A stretch of DNA of 64,000 bases from Acidobacteriota bacterium (GTDB lineage Bacteria > Acidobacteriota > Thermoanaerobaculia > Multivoradales > UBA5704): the NCBI GenBank assembly GCA_040005235.1, contig JBDTZG010000007.1:64001-128000 (forward strand). The letters are read 5' to 3'. Below the pieces are notes generated by a model. The model was not told the DNA's origin, searched no databases, and was given only the letters and a program-made list of their open reading frames with translations. Positions within the stretch are counted from its first letter, which is position 1, and every line of letters begins with the position of its first letter. Made by a program: the position numbers and the translations under genes. Shown one piece after another: positions 34,955 through 45,800 of the stretch.

Positions 34955-36214
34955 GTGCCTACCGAACTGGTGCCATTTCGCGACGCTCTCAGGGTATGGG
35001 TGCGCGTCGCGCTTCAGAGTTTCGGGGGGCCGGCCGGACAGATCTCGGTGAGGCATCGCATCCTGGTGGACGAGAAGCGGTGGATCGACGAGCCGCGTTT
35101 TCTCCACGCCCTCAACTACTGCATGCTGCTGCCGGGTCCGGAGGCACAGCAGCTCGCGACGTATATCGGCTGGCTGCTCCACGGCACGGCAGGGGGCCTC
35201 GCTGCGGGGATTCTGTTCGTACTGCCTGGCTTTTTTGCGATTCTCGGGCTCTCGCTGCTTTACGTCGGTTTTCACGGCAGTGCGCTGGTCGCAGCGCTGC
35301 TTTGGGGACTCAAGCCCGCCGTGATCGCGATCGTGCTTGGCGCGGTCTTGCGGATCGGCAGGCGGGCGCTTGGGGGACCGTACCGCGTGACGCTCGCGGT
35401 GGCGTCGTTTCTCGCGATCTTCCTGTTCGCCGTGCCGTTTCCCGCGATTGTCCTCGTCGCGGCCTTTCTCGGCTGGCTCGGGGGACGGTTCGCCTCGCGG
35501 CCCGCGCCGGAGGAGGCCGAGCAGGGGAGCGAAACCGGCGAAACCGGTGAGCAGACCCAAGCCCCTCACACGCGGCGGCGAAGAGCCATGCGCTCGCTCC
35601 GCGTCGCGGCGATCGGCCTCGCGCTCTGGTTCGTGCCGCTCGGCCTCCTGGCGCTCTATTTCGGCCGCGGGCACGTTTTGGTGCAGATGGGACTGTTCTT
35701 CAGCCGGGCGGCAGTGGTGACCTTTGGCGGCGCTTACGCCGTGCTCGCCTATGTCGGCCAGCAAGCGGTCGAGACGTTCGGATGGCTTCGCCCGGGCGAG
35801 ATGCTCGACGGGCTCGGCATGGCCGAGACGACCCCCGGGCCGTTGATCATGGTGCTCCAATTCGTCGGTTTCCTCGGCGCCTATCGCCATCCGGGCACGC
35901 TCGCCCCGATGACTGCCGGCCTGCTCGGCGCGCTGGTCACGGTTTGGGTGACGTTCGTTCCCTGTTTCCTCTGGATATTCCTGGGAGCGCCGTACGTCGA
36001 GATCCTCCGCCGCCAGAGGGGCCTGTCGAACGCGCTCGCCGCGATCACAGCCGCGGTGGTGGGCGTGATCGCGAACCTCGCGGTTTGGTTCTCGCTCCAT
36101 ACGCTGTTCGGCCGGCTCGACACGATCCATAAAGGGGCATTTCGGCTGCTGGTACCTGGCGCGGTAAGCTCCGTGCCGACATCGCGGCTTAGTGCCGTCG
36201 GAGGATTTCCCCGC
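34955..36214 (+). CDS. chrA: Chromate efflux transporter (long-chain ChrA), 3'-truncated and reading through into the next gene
   Basis: SFGGPAGQ, LPGPEAQQLA, TFGGAYAV, TPGP; no stop before 37078. Confidence 0.8.
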
Positions 36215-37078
36215 ATGCGCATCGCACTTCTCGGTACTGGACTGATGGGCTACGCGATGGCCGAACGTCTGCTAGAACAAGGCGTCGAGCTGTCGGTCTG
36301 GAACCGCACCCGCGCGAAGGCGGAGCCGCTCGGAGCGCAGGGTGCCCAGGTTGCCGATTCGGCCCGCGAGGCGATCGAAGCGGCGGGCGAGGGTGGTGTC
36401 GTGCTCGCCATGCTGCGCGACGCCCCGGCGATCCGTGCCGCGCTGGACGGAGCGCTCCCCTCCTTTTCGGGCAAGACGTTCGTGCAGATGAGCACGATCG
36501 CGCCGGGCGAAAGCCGGGCGCTTGGGCTGGAGATCGAAGCGGCCGGAGCCAAGTACCTGGAAGCGCCCGTGCTCGGCAGCACGCCCCAGGCGCGCGCCGG
36601 CACGATGCAGGTTCTGGTGGGGGGAGATGCGGAGCTATTCGCCCGGGTGGAGAAGACGCTCGGCCTCCTCGGTCCGCCGACGCTCGTCGGCCCGGTCGGG
36701 CAGGCCGCGGCGCTCAAACTCGCGCTCAACCAGTTGATTCCGAATTTGATCGCGGCGTTTTCGTTGTCGCTCGGAATGGTCCGCCGTTCCGGCGTCGATC
36801 TCGATCTGTTCCTTGGGATCCTCAGGAAGAGCGCGCTCTACGCGCCGAGCTTCGACGGCAAGCTGCCCAAGATCCGGATTCGGGACTTCGCGCAACCGAG
36901 CTTCCCGGCCGAGCTGATGCTCAAGGATCTCGACCTGATTCGTGCCGAATGCGAGACTCTCGGTCTCGACGCGACGGTCGCCGACGCCGTGCGTGACGTG
37001 CTGGTTCGTACGGTGGAAAACGGTCAGGGCGGAGCGGATTACTCGGCGCTCTACGAGGTGATCGACCCTCGGGATTGA
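36215..37078 (+). CDS. NAD(P)-dependent beta-hydroxyacid dehydrogenase (3-hydroxyisobutyrate DH family)
   Basis: Own GGAGG plus ATG 36215; GTGLMG, WNRT, EAPVLGS, LKLALN, KDL. Confidence 0.88.
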   Translation: MRIALLGTGLMGYAMAERLLEQGVELSVWNRTRAKAEPLGAQGAQVADSAREAIEAAGEGGVVLAMLRDAPAIRAALDGALPSFSGKTFVQMSTIAPGESRALGLEIEAAGAKYLEAPVLGSTPQARAGTMQVLVGGDAELFARVEKTLGLLGPPTLVGPVGQAAALKLALNQLIPNLIAAFSLSLGMVRRSGVDLDLFLGILRKSALYAPSFDGKLPKIRIRDFAQPSFPAELMLKDLDLIRAECETLGLDATVADAVRDVLVRTVENGQGGADYSALYEVIDPRD

Positions 37079-37084
37079 TTTCGG

Positions 37085-38215
37085 CTACCGCAGCTCTTCG
37101 CGGATCACGTCGATCAATCGGTGCAGGTCGACCGGCTTGGTCAGGTGGCGGGCGAAACCGGCTTCGAGCGCACGTTGGATGTCCTCGTCCATGCCGTAGC
37201 CCGAGAGCGCGATCCCTTTGAGGCCGTGCCGCTTCGAGAGGACCCGCATCAAATCGCAGCCGTCGCCGTCGGGCAGGCCGAGATCGCTCAAGACCAGCTG
37301 GAAGCTTTCTCGCTCGTCGGTATGTGCCTGAAACGCGGCGGCGAGAGCGTCGGCGACCGAAGAAGCTCGGGTGACGCGGAAGCCCGAATCTTGAAGCAGG
37401 ACCGCGAGCGCCTCGGCCGTGTCGTCGTGATCTTCGACCAGCAGCAGATGAGGCGGCGTGCCGGAGGGACGGACCCGATCGGGGCTTCGCTTTCCTGCGT
37501 CGACCGATTGGGCGACCGCCGAGCTGGTCCCCTTGGAGAGCAGGTCATCGATCAGGCGGACTTCCAGCTCCAGGTTACGCCGGATGCGTTCGAGCATCGG
37601 GGCGAACCGCTCGGGCAGATCGACGGCTCCCTGCATGGCCGACAGGGTGAGCATCACCGGAGCGAGGGGAGTGCGCAGCTCGTGGGAAAGGGCGGCGAAA
37701 AAACGATCTTTGGCGTCGACCGCGTCGAGCGCAAACAGGCGTGCCTGTTCCAGATCGCGGCGCAGCCGGTGAAGTTGCTTTTCCGGCCGGAGATCGCGAG
37801 CGAACGCGAGATGCAGACCCGGAGCGACGCATGGCCGGAACCGCCACTCGACTTCGATCAGCGAGCCGTCGGCTGCAAGAATGGGAAACTCGCCCTCGAA
37901 ACCGTGTCGAGATTGCAAGCCGGCGAGCGCCGCGTCGCCCAAGGTTTTGGCGCTCGGCAACAGGAAGGACGAGAGCGTTTGACCGATCAGGTCCGGCCGG
38001 TCGAACTGCAGAAGCTGGCAAAAGGCCCGGTTCGCCTCGCACAGGTTAGCCGCGTCGTCGAGCAGGGCGGCCGCCCCGAACCCCTCTTGATACAGAGACT
38101 TACCGAGCGAGCCGAGAAGCTCGTCAAGGGTGGGGGGCGGGGCGCTTGCGGCGTCGCTGCTCATCGTGAGATCCAACATGAGGGAAGGGAGTCCCTGGGT
38201 CTGGATGTCCAACAA
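37085..38215 (-). CDS. PAS-HisKA-REC signalling protein lacking HATPase domain
   Basis: PAS-like N-terminus, SHELRTPL, short linker, then REC (LVED, SDLGLPDGDG, KP); start uncertain. Confidence 0.8.
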   Translation of the reverse strand: MLDIQTQGLPSLMLDLTMSSDAASAPPPTLDELLGSLGKSLYQEGFGAAALLDDAANLCEANRAFCQLLQFDRPDLIGQTLSSFLLPSAKTLGDAALAGLQSRHGFEGEFPILAADGSLIEVEWRFRPCVAPGLHLAFARDLRPEKQLHRLRRDLEQARLFALDAVDAKDRFFAALSHELRTPLAPVMLTLSAMQGAVDLPERFAPMLERIRRNLELEVRLIDDLLSKGTSSAVAQSVDAGKRSPDRVRPSGTPPHLLLVEDHDDTAEALAVLLQDSGFRVTRASSVADALAAAFQAHTDERESFQLVLSDLGLPDGDGCDLMRVLSKRHGLKGIALSGYGMDEDIQRALEAGFARHLTKPVDLHRLIDVIREELR

Positions 38216-38271
38216 GAAAGCAAAAGGAATGCCGCCGTTTCAGGGCGACGGCTTCCGCCGAGCTGCGGTTT

Positions 38272-39063
38272 TTAGGCGTCGTCGCCGCAGGGGATCAACA
38301 GGCGCTCGATGCCGCGAGCCTTGCCGGTCTCTTCATCGATGTCGACCACGGCACCGGCAAGTCGGACATCGCGCTTCGCGACTTCGAGCGGCACGGAGGT
38401 CTGGAGCAGAAACCGGCGCAGCACCTTGTCCACCCGCATGCCGATGATCGAATCGTACGGCCCGGTCATGCCGACGTCGGTAAGCAACGCCGTTCCCCCC
38501 GAGAGCACGCGCTCGTCGGCGGTTGGCACGTGGGTGTGGGTGCCGAGCACGGCGCTCACCTTGCCGTCCAGATAAAAGCCGAGCGCCTGCTTCTCGCTCG
38601 TTGCGTCGGCGTGGAAGTCGATCATGATCACTTTGATCTTCGGATCGAGCGAGGCGATCAACCGGTCCGCCGCATGAAACGGCGAATCGAGGTGGCTCAT
38701 GAAGACGCGACCTTCGAGGTTGATGACCGCGACCGGAATGCCCGCCGCGGTCTCGCCCACGTAGAGCCCCTTGCCGGGGTTGCCCTCGGGGTAGTTGGCG
38801 GGACGCAGGAGGCGCGGCTCGCGAGAGAGCAGCTCCACCCCTTCCTTCTTGTCCCAGACGTGGTTGCCGGTCGTGTAGCAATCGATCCCCAGGCTCTCGA
38901 ATTCGTTCAACACGTCGGGGGTGACCCCGAAGCCGCCCGAGGAGTTTTCGACGTTCACCACGGTGTAGTCGATCCGGTGCTGGTCGATCAGACGGGGCAC
39001 GAGGGCCTTGACGGCCCGGCGCCCCGGCTTTCCGATAACGTCGCCGACGAACAACAACTTCAT
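38272..39063 (-). CDS. ymdB: YmdB/TIGR00282 metallophosphoesterase
   Basis: GDVIG.PG, NVEN..GG, TGNH, RPAN, DFHA, GTHTH, TDVGMTG; follows rny. Confidence 0.92.
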   Translation of the reverse strand: MKLLFVGDVIGKPGRRAVKALVPRLIDQHRIDYTVVNVENSSGGFGVTPDVLNEFESLGIDCYTTGNHVWDKKEGVELLSREPRLLRPANYPEGNPGKGLYVGETAAGIPVAVINLEGRVFMSHLDSPFHAADRLIASLDPKIKVIMIDFHADATSEKQALGFYLDGKVSAVLGTHTHVPTADERVLSGGTALLTDVGMTGPYDSIIGMRVDKVLRRFLLQTSVPLEVAKRDVRLAGAVVDIDEETGKARGIERLLIPCGDDA

Positions 39064-40628
39064 CGTGCGTACTCGATCGAGCGAGTCTCGCGGATCACCG
39101 TGATCTTGATCTGGCCGGGGTAAGTGAGCTCGGCTTCGACCTTCCTTGCGATGTCCTTGGACAGCCAGAGCGCCTGCTCGTCCGACAGTTTGCCGCTGTC
39201 GACGATGATCCGCACCTCGCGGCCGGCCTGAATCGCGAACGTCTTCTGCACACCTTTGAAGCTGGAGGCGATCTCTTCGAGCTTCTCCAGTCGCTTGACG
39301 TAGGTTTCGAGCACCTCGCGCCGGGCGCCGGGGCGCGCTGCGGAGAGCGCGTCGGCCGCGGTGACCAAGACGGCTTCGACCGTCTGCGGGTCGTAGTCGC
39401 CATGGTGGCAGGCCATGCCATGGACCACCTCTTCGGTTTCGCCGTACTTCCGCAGCAGCTCGATGCCGAGCTGGAGATGGGTTCCTTCCATCTCGCGGTC
39501 GATCGCCTTGCCGATGTCGTGCAGGATGCCGGCGCGGCGGGCGACGTGGACGTTCGCCTTAAGCTCCGCGGCCATCGCGCCGGCCAGGAACGCCACCTCG
39601 CGGCTGTGGTGCAGGACGTTCTGGCCGTACGAGGTGCGGTAGCGCAGGCGGCCGAGCAGTTTGGTGAGCTCGGGGTGGAGATCCGGGATGCCCAATTCGA
39701 GGCACGCGGCCTCTCCCTCGGCGAAGATCTTCTGCTCGAACTCGGCCTTGACCTTCTCGACCACCTCTTCGATCCGCGCCGGATGGATGCGGCCGTCCGT
39801 GATCAGCCGTTCGAGGGCCACCCGCGCGACCTCGCGGCGGAACGGGTCGAAGCCGGACAGGATCACCGCCTCAGGCGTGTCGTCGACGATCAGGTCGACG
39901 CCGGTCGCGGTTTCGAGAGCCCGGATGTTTCGCCCCTCGCGGCCGATGATCCGGCCCTTCATCTCGTCGTTCGGCAGCATGACCACCGAGACCGTTGCCT
40001 CCGACACGTAGTCTGACGCGGCGCGCTGGACCGCCATGCCGATAATCCGCTGTGCCTGCTTGTGCGCCGTTTCGCGCGCCTCGTCCTCCAGGCGCTTGAT
40101 GATGTGGGCGGCCTCCATGCGGGCGTCCTGCTCCATCGAGCGGACCAGCTCCTCGCGCGCCTGCTGAGCGGTCAAGCCGGCAATGTGCTCCAGCTTTCCG
40201 CGCTCCTCGGCGAGCAGCTGGGCCACTTCGGTTTCTTTTTCCACGACGGTCTGCTCGCGTCCGCCCAGGTTGCGTTCGCGCGTCGCCACTTCGCGGTCGC
40301 GCTGCGAGAGATCTTCGGTCCGCTTGTCGAGGGTGTCTTCCTTCTGGGTCAGGCGGCGCTCGACCTGTTCGAGCTCGGAGCGGCGCTTGCGCGAGGCGCT
40401 CTCGAACTCGCTGCGCGCCTGGAGCAGCTTTTCCTTCGCGGCCAGCTCCGCCTCGCGAACTTTGGTTTCGCCAGTGCGCTCGGCGTCTTCGAGGATTTGC
40501 TTTGCCCGCTGCTCGGCTTCAAGGCGTAGACGCACAGCTTCCCGCTTACCCCAACGGAGCAGGAAGAAGGAGATGGCAATCGCGACCAGGACCAGCGCCG
40601 CGATGAAAATCAAAAGATTCGTGCTCAA
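39060..40628 (-). CDS. rny: Ribonuclease Y
   Basis: N-terminal TM, coiled coil, KH ([13 protein letters not shown]), HD (LHDIGK), SAARPGAR. Confidence 0.96.
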   Translation of the reverse strand: MSTNLLIFIAALVLVAIAISFFLLRWGKREAVRLRLEAEQRAKQILEDAERTGETKVREAELAAKEKLLQARSEFESASRKRRSELEQVERRLTQKEDTLDKRTEDLSQRDREVATRERNLGGREQTVVEKETEVAQLLAEERGKLEHIAGLTAQQAREELVRSMEQDARMEAAHIIKRLEDEARETAHKQAQRIIGMAVQRAASDYVSEATVSVVMLPNDEMKGRIIGREGRNIRALETATGVDLIVDDTPEAVILSGFDPFRREVARVALERLITDGRIHPARIEEVVEKVKAEFEQKIFAEGEAACLELGIPDLHPELTKLLGRLRYRTSYGQNVLHHSREVAFLAGAMAAELKANVHVARRAGILHDIGKAIDREMEGTHLQLGIELLRKYGETEEVVHGMACHHGDYDPQTVEAVLVTAADALSAARPGARREVLETYVKRLEKLEEIASSFKGVQKTFAIQAGREVRIIVDSGKLSDEQALWLSKDIARKVEAELTYPGQIKITVIRETRSIEYAR

Positions 40629-40693
40629 TTCGACCTCCCCCTCAAAGGGAGGGTCGGGGTCGAAGCCTCAAGAGGGCGTGCGGTGGATTTAAA

Positions 40694-40891
40694 GTGCGCA
40701 TCCCCCGCGGATACGAGTGGACTGTGCGTTTTAGAACCTGTAACGAAAACAGGTGGGTGCCCTCTCCACGAGCCGTTAGCGTCCTCGTACGAGCGAGGCT
40801 GGCACGGGCCGCGCGGAATCTGAGCTCCCGGGGGTATAACGTTGGTTCTACGATCGTTAAGCCCATCTCGCACCATCCAGGGGATGCGCAC
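40694..40891 (-). ncRNA. ssrS: 6S RNA
   Basis: 198 nt closed by a 12-bp terminal stem GTGCGCATCCCC/GGGGATGCGCAC; canonical zapA-6S-rny position. Confidence 0.85.
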
Positions 40892-40904
40892 GCAAAATCA
40901 TATC

Positions 40905-41252
40905 TCAGAAGGCGTCGGTCGCCGTCGTTGCCGGTTCCTCGGCAAGGGCCGCGTCCAACTCCTTCACTAACTCGAACACTCTCTCTCGAACTTCGACCCG
41001 TTCCCCTTCTTGCCGTCTTTGCAGCTCAAAGAGCTCATCGGCCAGGTTGAGCGCGGCAAGGATCGCGATCCGTGCCGTATCCTGCGTCCGAACCTGCCTC
41101 GCGATCTCGCGCATTCTGCCGTCAACGAGATCCGCGAGCGCCTGAACGTGGCCACCCTCATCGCTACCGCGGACGTTGTACGCGGCGCCGAAGATCCGCA
41201 CCTCGGTGGTGTCGATTCCCGTGCTCAACCGTTCGTCCTCCGCGCTGTCCAT
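40905..41252 (-). CDS. zapA: Cell division protein ZapA
   Basis: V.IFG..Y.V, LA..VD.RMREI, AILAALNLADE; start may be ATG 41252 or TTG 41228. Confidence 0.88.
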   Translation of the reverse strand: MDSAEDERLSTGIDTTEVRIFGAAYNVRGSDEGGHVQALADLVDGRMREIARQVRTQDTARIAILAALNLADELFELQRRQEGERVEVRERVFELVKELDAALAEEPATTATDAF

Positions 41253-41399
41253 GGGCCGACAAGTGGTTTGAACCCATAGACTTGGCCCCGGACTATAGCA
41301 CAGGTGAAGAAGTCGGTTCGGAGGTCTTCCCGGACCCCGGCGCGGGTGGGCCGATCCTTCGGCCGACAGATCCCGCCCGGCGGTCGGTGAGTCCAAGAA

Positions 41400-41565
41400 A
41401 CCGCGATCCATCCGGGAAATCTCGCTGATTTGGCGGGAAGTCTTCCCGTTGAATCGGGAAGGAGTGCCGCGGTACTGAGAAGGTTTGCTGATTTGTCGGG
41501 CCAGAACCCCGCAAACATAAAGATTGCGCCCGCCAAGGCGGGTAAGAAGGCCGGCAAAGCGGGTG
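41400..41565. repeat. Degenerate 21-bp-period non-coding array
   Basis: CGGG at 41413, 41434, 41455, 41497, 41539 and 41560 (all in one 21-bp register); GCTGATTT at 41424 and 41487. Confidence 0.65.
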
Positions 41566-41750
41566 GCTCACCCGTTCTTGCGGCATGAAGGCTCGTCGTT
41601 GCGGATACTCAGCGCGCAAATACGGTACCCTTTGCCGCCACGGTTGGCATAAGATCCTGCTCGACGGGATATTTTCCCTTGGTGACGGAAAGAGGAGCCT
41701 CTACGGGCTTCGTTGCCATCCTCTCCTCGCGCGGATCGATTGGAGACACC

Positions 41751-42098
41751 ATGACCAAGAAGGCAGCCTTCGCCGACCTCCTCCGAGAGTGGGATCAACT
41801 GCTCGACGCAGCAAACGACAACGAAGCAGCGATGGCGCTGGCCGCCTCCCTGCGGGCGGAATTCGCCCAGACGGTGGAGCGCGCCCGGGAACTCAAAGCC
41901 CGCCAGGACTCCCTCGCCGCGAGCCGCCAGGAGGCGACCCAGAAGCTCGCCGAGACCGTGGAGGTGGCGGTCGACCAAGCCCGTCGCCTCCAGCAGATGG
42001 CCAAAGCCCTGCTCGGCCCGTCCAGCGAACGCTTGGTGCAGTTCCGGGTGGCACCGCTGCGCGGCCGTCGCCGGATCCCCGTGCGGCCGGTGCCGTAG
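41751..42098 (+). CDS. Small helical-hairpin/coiled-coil hypothetical protein
   Basis: GGAG RBS; 115 aa, all-helical, W..LL.A...N, Q..LAA.RQ..T, G..SE.L..F, basic tail. Confidence 0.75.
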   Translation: MTKKAAFADLLREWDQLLDAANDNEAAMALAASLRAEFAQTVERARELKARQDSLAASRQEATQKLAETVEVAVDQARRLQQMAKALLGPSSERLVQFRVAPLRGRRRIPVRPVP

Positions 42099-42219
42099 GC
42101 GGAGGGTGGTTCGGTCGCTACCAGATGTTGCGCTAAACTTCTCTCTCCGCTACATTGGGCATCTCTGGATTTACCTGGCGCGAAACCTCCCCAATCCCCT
42201 TAGTTTTCGGAGATCGATA

Positions 42220-42891
42220 GTGGCTAACAGAATCGTTTCGAACCTGGGATTCCTCGTCGTCTCCTTGTTCGTTCTCGGCCGGGGAGACCCTTCCCTTGCC
42301 GCTCCTCCTCTCCGCCTTGAAATTCACGGGCAGTCGCTGGTTGCGAGCCGAGCGCAGGGGAAGGTGGTCTTCTTCGGCGTCTCGCGGCAGATCGATCCCG
42401 ACGAAATCGTGACGCGTCGACGCCTGGCGGAGCTCCGGGCGGACGAGGACGGCGACGGGGTGGTGACTCTTGCGCTCGACCGGCCGGTGGCGCCGGTGTC
42501 GGTCTGGGCGGCGGTCGACCTCGCCTCAGGGGATGTCGCGGTAGTTTCCCCCACAGGCAGCCGGACTCCACGCGGCGGATTTCGCGGCCGGGGGCTCGGG
42601 CATCGCGAAACGGGGCGCGGTACGGTCCACGATCTCCGCTTCCAGAGCGAGCTCCTGGTCGTTCGGCCAGGGGTAGGGGGCGGCGCCTGGACGCTGACCG
42701 CAGGCGACGGCAACGTTGGCGATGAAGACGGCGATGCGAACGGCGAACTCGAGACCGCGCTCGACCGGATGACGCCGCTCGACGCCTCACCGGCGCCTCC
42801 TGAGGACTTCGGTCCGGGTGACGTTGTGCTGCTCGTCGATCCGCGCTCGCTCGAAGTCGTCCTCGTGCGCCAGCCAGGGGGCGCGAAGTGA
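42220..42891 (+). CDS. Secreted hypothetical protein coupled to Rhs gene
   Basis: Hydrophobic N-terminus, DEDGDG / DEDGDANG Ca-binding-like motifs; stop overlaps the Rhs start (GTGA). Confidence 0.7.
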   Translation: MANRIVSNLGFLVVSLFVLGRGDPSLAAPPLRLEIHGQSLVASRAQGKVVFFGVSRQIDPDEIVTRRRLAELRADEDGDGVVTLALDRPVAPVSVWAAVDLASGDVAVVSPTGSRTPRGGFRGRGLGHRETGRGTVHDLRFQSELLVVRPGVGGGAWTLTAGDGNVGDEDGDANGELETALDRMTPLDASPAPPEDFGPGDVVLLVDPRSLEVVLVRQPGGAK

Positions 42892-45800
42892 ACCTTCCGG
42901 CATTTCGACGTCTCGCCGCCCTCGGAGTATTCCTCGTCGCCGCAACGCGCGGGTTCGCCCAGGAGCACCCAAACGTCGCGCGCGGGATCGCGAATCTGAG
43001 CGGCGATCTCGACAGCGTCAATCCGTTCAACGGCAATCTCTCCGTCGCGATCCTGATCGGCCAGCGGTATCCGGTCAACTCCCACCTCTCGTACGGCTTG
43101 ACGCTCGTTTACAACAGCCAGGTCTGGGACTACGAACAACGGGACGATCCAAACAACGTGGACCATCCTTTCGTCCAGGCGCTTCCTTCGTTGATTTCGA
43201 ACGCCGGTCTTGGTTGGCTCGTTACCCTGGGCCGGTTCAATCCTCCGAGCACGAGCAACGACGGCAACGTCGTCCGCGACAACTACCTCGCGCCGGATGG
43301 TTCGCGGCACACCTTTTACGGCACGCTCCACGAAGGAGAAACAGCGGTTCGAGGTGTTCTCTACACCCGGGACGGCAGCTATCTCCGCTACATAGCGGCG
43401 ACGGCCACGGCCAATCAGCAGATCGAGTTTCCGGACGGAACGGTCCACGAGTTCGACGCCGAGGGCTATCCGGTTACGCTCCGCGACCGTTTCGGCAACT
43501 CCGTTGCGATCACCTATCTTGCGGGAGGCCAGAACGTCCCCGCCTCGCAGGCCGATGTTTGGCGGATCGCCGACAGCGCCAGCATTCGGGTACAGACGGT
43601 CACTTTTAAAACGATCCCGGGTCTGTCGTTGGCGGAGTCGGCGAAGGTCGTGTCGCAGATCGATGTCGCGGCGTTCGGCAGCAGCCAGCCGGCGACCTAT
43701 CTCTTTCACTACGACGCCGATAGCGTGAGTCCCGCGCCGATCACCGGCTGTCGCAACACCGACCTGATGACGATGAATTTGAGGGTCGCGGAGCTGACCC
43801 AGATCGACCTTCCCGACGGCACGACCTATCGGATGCCCACTTACTATCCGACGACGCCGAGCGGACCGTGCAAATCGGGCATGCTCGCCCGGCTGACGCT
43901 TCCGACCCTCGGTTCGATCGCTTGGGACTTCATCGAGTACGTCTATCCGACCGAGTCGACGACGCGCGGTTTCTGGCAGCGAACCTCGGGCGTCGGCACC
44001 CGCCAGTTGATCGACGGGGACGGTGCGACGGTGATCGGCACGTGGACCTACGAGACGGCAATGACTGCACCGCCGCTCAATGCTCCGCGCCGCGAGCTGG
44101 TCAACACGACGGCCGATCCGCTCGGCAACCGCACGGTGCGTTACTTCTCGATCTGCGCCAAGAGCACCTGTCCGATCGTCGATGAGCTTTATGACTACGG
44201 GCTCCCCTTTACTCGCGTGAGCGCCGGAGACGGGGTGGGCCGATTCCTTTCGAGCCAGATTTTCGCCCCCGGCAACGTCCTCCTTCGCTCGTTCTATGCG
44301 CGCTACGAGCGGGATGCCGATCCGTTCGGATCGGCCTCGCTGCTCGAAGACAAGGGACGGTTCAACCAGCGTGCCGCGAGCCGGCGGACGGTCTTCCAAG
44401 AAGGCGCAACCTCGACCGTGGCGGACGAGGACCTGTCGGATTTCGACGGCTATGGGCACTACCGGGGCCAATCGATGGGCGGAACTTTCCCCGGCAGCAA
44501 TGTCCGGGCCGTGGTGACCGGCTACAACCCCGACAAGGGGACGCTCGGTCAACCGGGCTTCGTGCCGTGGCCGACGGCAAGCCCCTGGGTGCTCGGCACC
44601 TACACGTTTTCCTGGGAGAGCGAAGGAGGGCAGCTCCTCTACCGCTCGTTCTGTTTCGACGGCAGCAACGGTTACCTCCTCGGCCGAAGAGTTCACGCCG
44701 CGAACGGATCCAACTACCTGCCGAACGACTTGGTCGAAACCAATACGAACGACGGTAAAGGCAACGTCGGTGCCGAGAAGAGCTTTGGGGGTGATGCTCA
44801 GCCGGTACCGACCGATGCCGTGGGTGCCTGGAACCTGACCTGTAACAGCAGCGGCCTCAGCCCGGTTTACCAGATGACGCACACCTACTCGAACGGGGTA
44901 CGGGCGACCTCGTCGGTCTCGGTTGGGGGCTCTTCGCTCAAAGTACTCGATCAGACGATCGACGGCCGGACCGGGCTCGCCTCGTCGAGTCGGGACACGG
45001 CGGGAGTGGCGACGACCTACAGCTACGACGGCCTTGGGCGCCCCCTCTCCGTGGCACCCACCGGGATTGCACGGACGACTTACACCTATACCAATGCGGC
45101 GAACGCCTCCTCGCTCGCACGGGTGACGATCGCGCAAGTCTCTGCCGCGAACGCAACGCTCGCCGAGCGACGGATGACTTCCGATGCTCTCGGCCGGCCG
45201 GCGACGGAAGAGGAGCGGATGCCAAGCGGTTCGTTGGCGCCGAAGCGGACGAACTACAACGCTCTCGGTTGGAAGATCTACGAGTCGAACCAGGGCTCAA
45301 TCACCAACGGCACGACCTACTCGGCCTTTGATCCGTTCGGCCGGCCGGGGACGGTCACGCCTGCAGACAGCAATGCCCACGTGGTGAGCCTCAACTACGT
45401 CGGTACACGGCAAGTGGAGCGGACGGTTTTGGTGGCGACCGGCACCACGGCCGAGACGGCTGCGACGACGCGCGAGACCTACGACCGTTTCAGCCGGCTC
45501 TACGAGGTGCGCGAGCCGAACGGCATCGTGACCCGCTATGGCTACGACGCAGGGAACCGGCTGGCGAGTGTCTGCCAGAACGCGACGGGCACGAACAGCT
45601 GCGGCCAGCGGCGGGAGTTTCATTACGACAATCGCGGACTTCTGCTCTGGGAGAATCATCCAGAAAAAGACCCGAACGTCTATTCCCTAGGGCACGACGT
45701 CGACTATCTGTCCTTCGACGCGCGGGGGCAGGTGCTCCAAAAGATCGACGGCGCCAACGACGTGACCTATCGATATGACGCCGCAGGGCGCTTGATTCTG

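Noticed and set aside
40625-41050. Small ORFs overlapping 40625-41050
   Set aside because: Region is better explained by 6S RNA and zapA
42324-45137. 937-aa ORF antisense to the Rhs gene
   Set aside because: Shadow ORF typical of high-GC codon bias; the opposite strand has clear Rhs motifs
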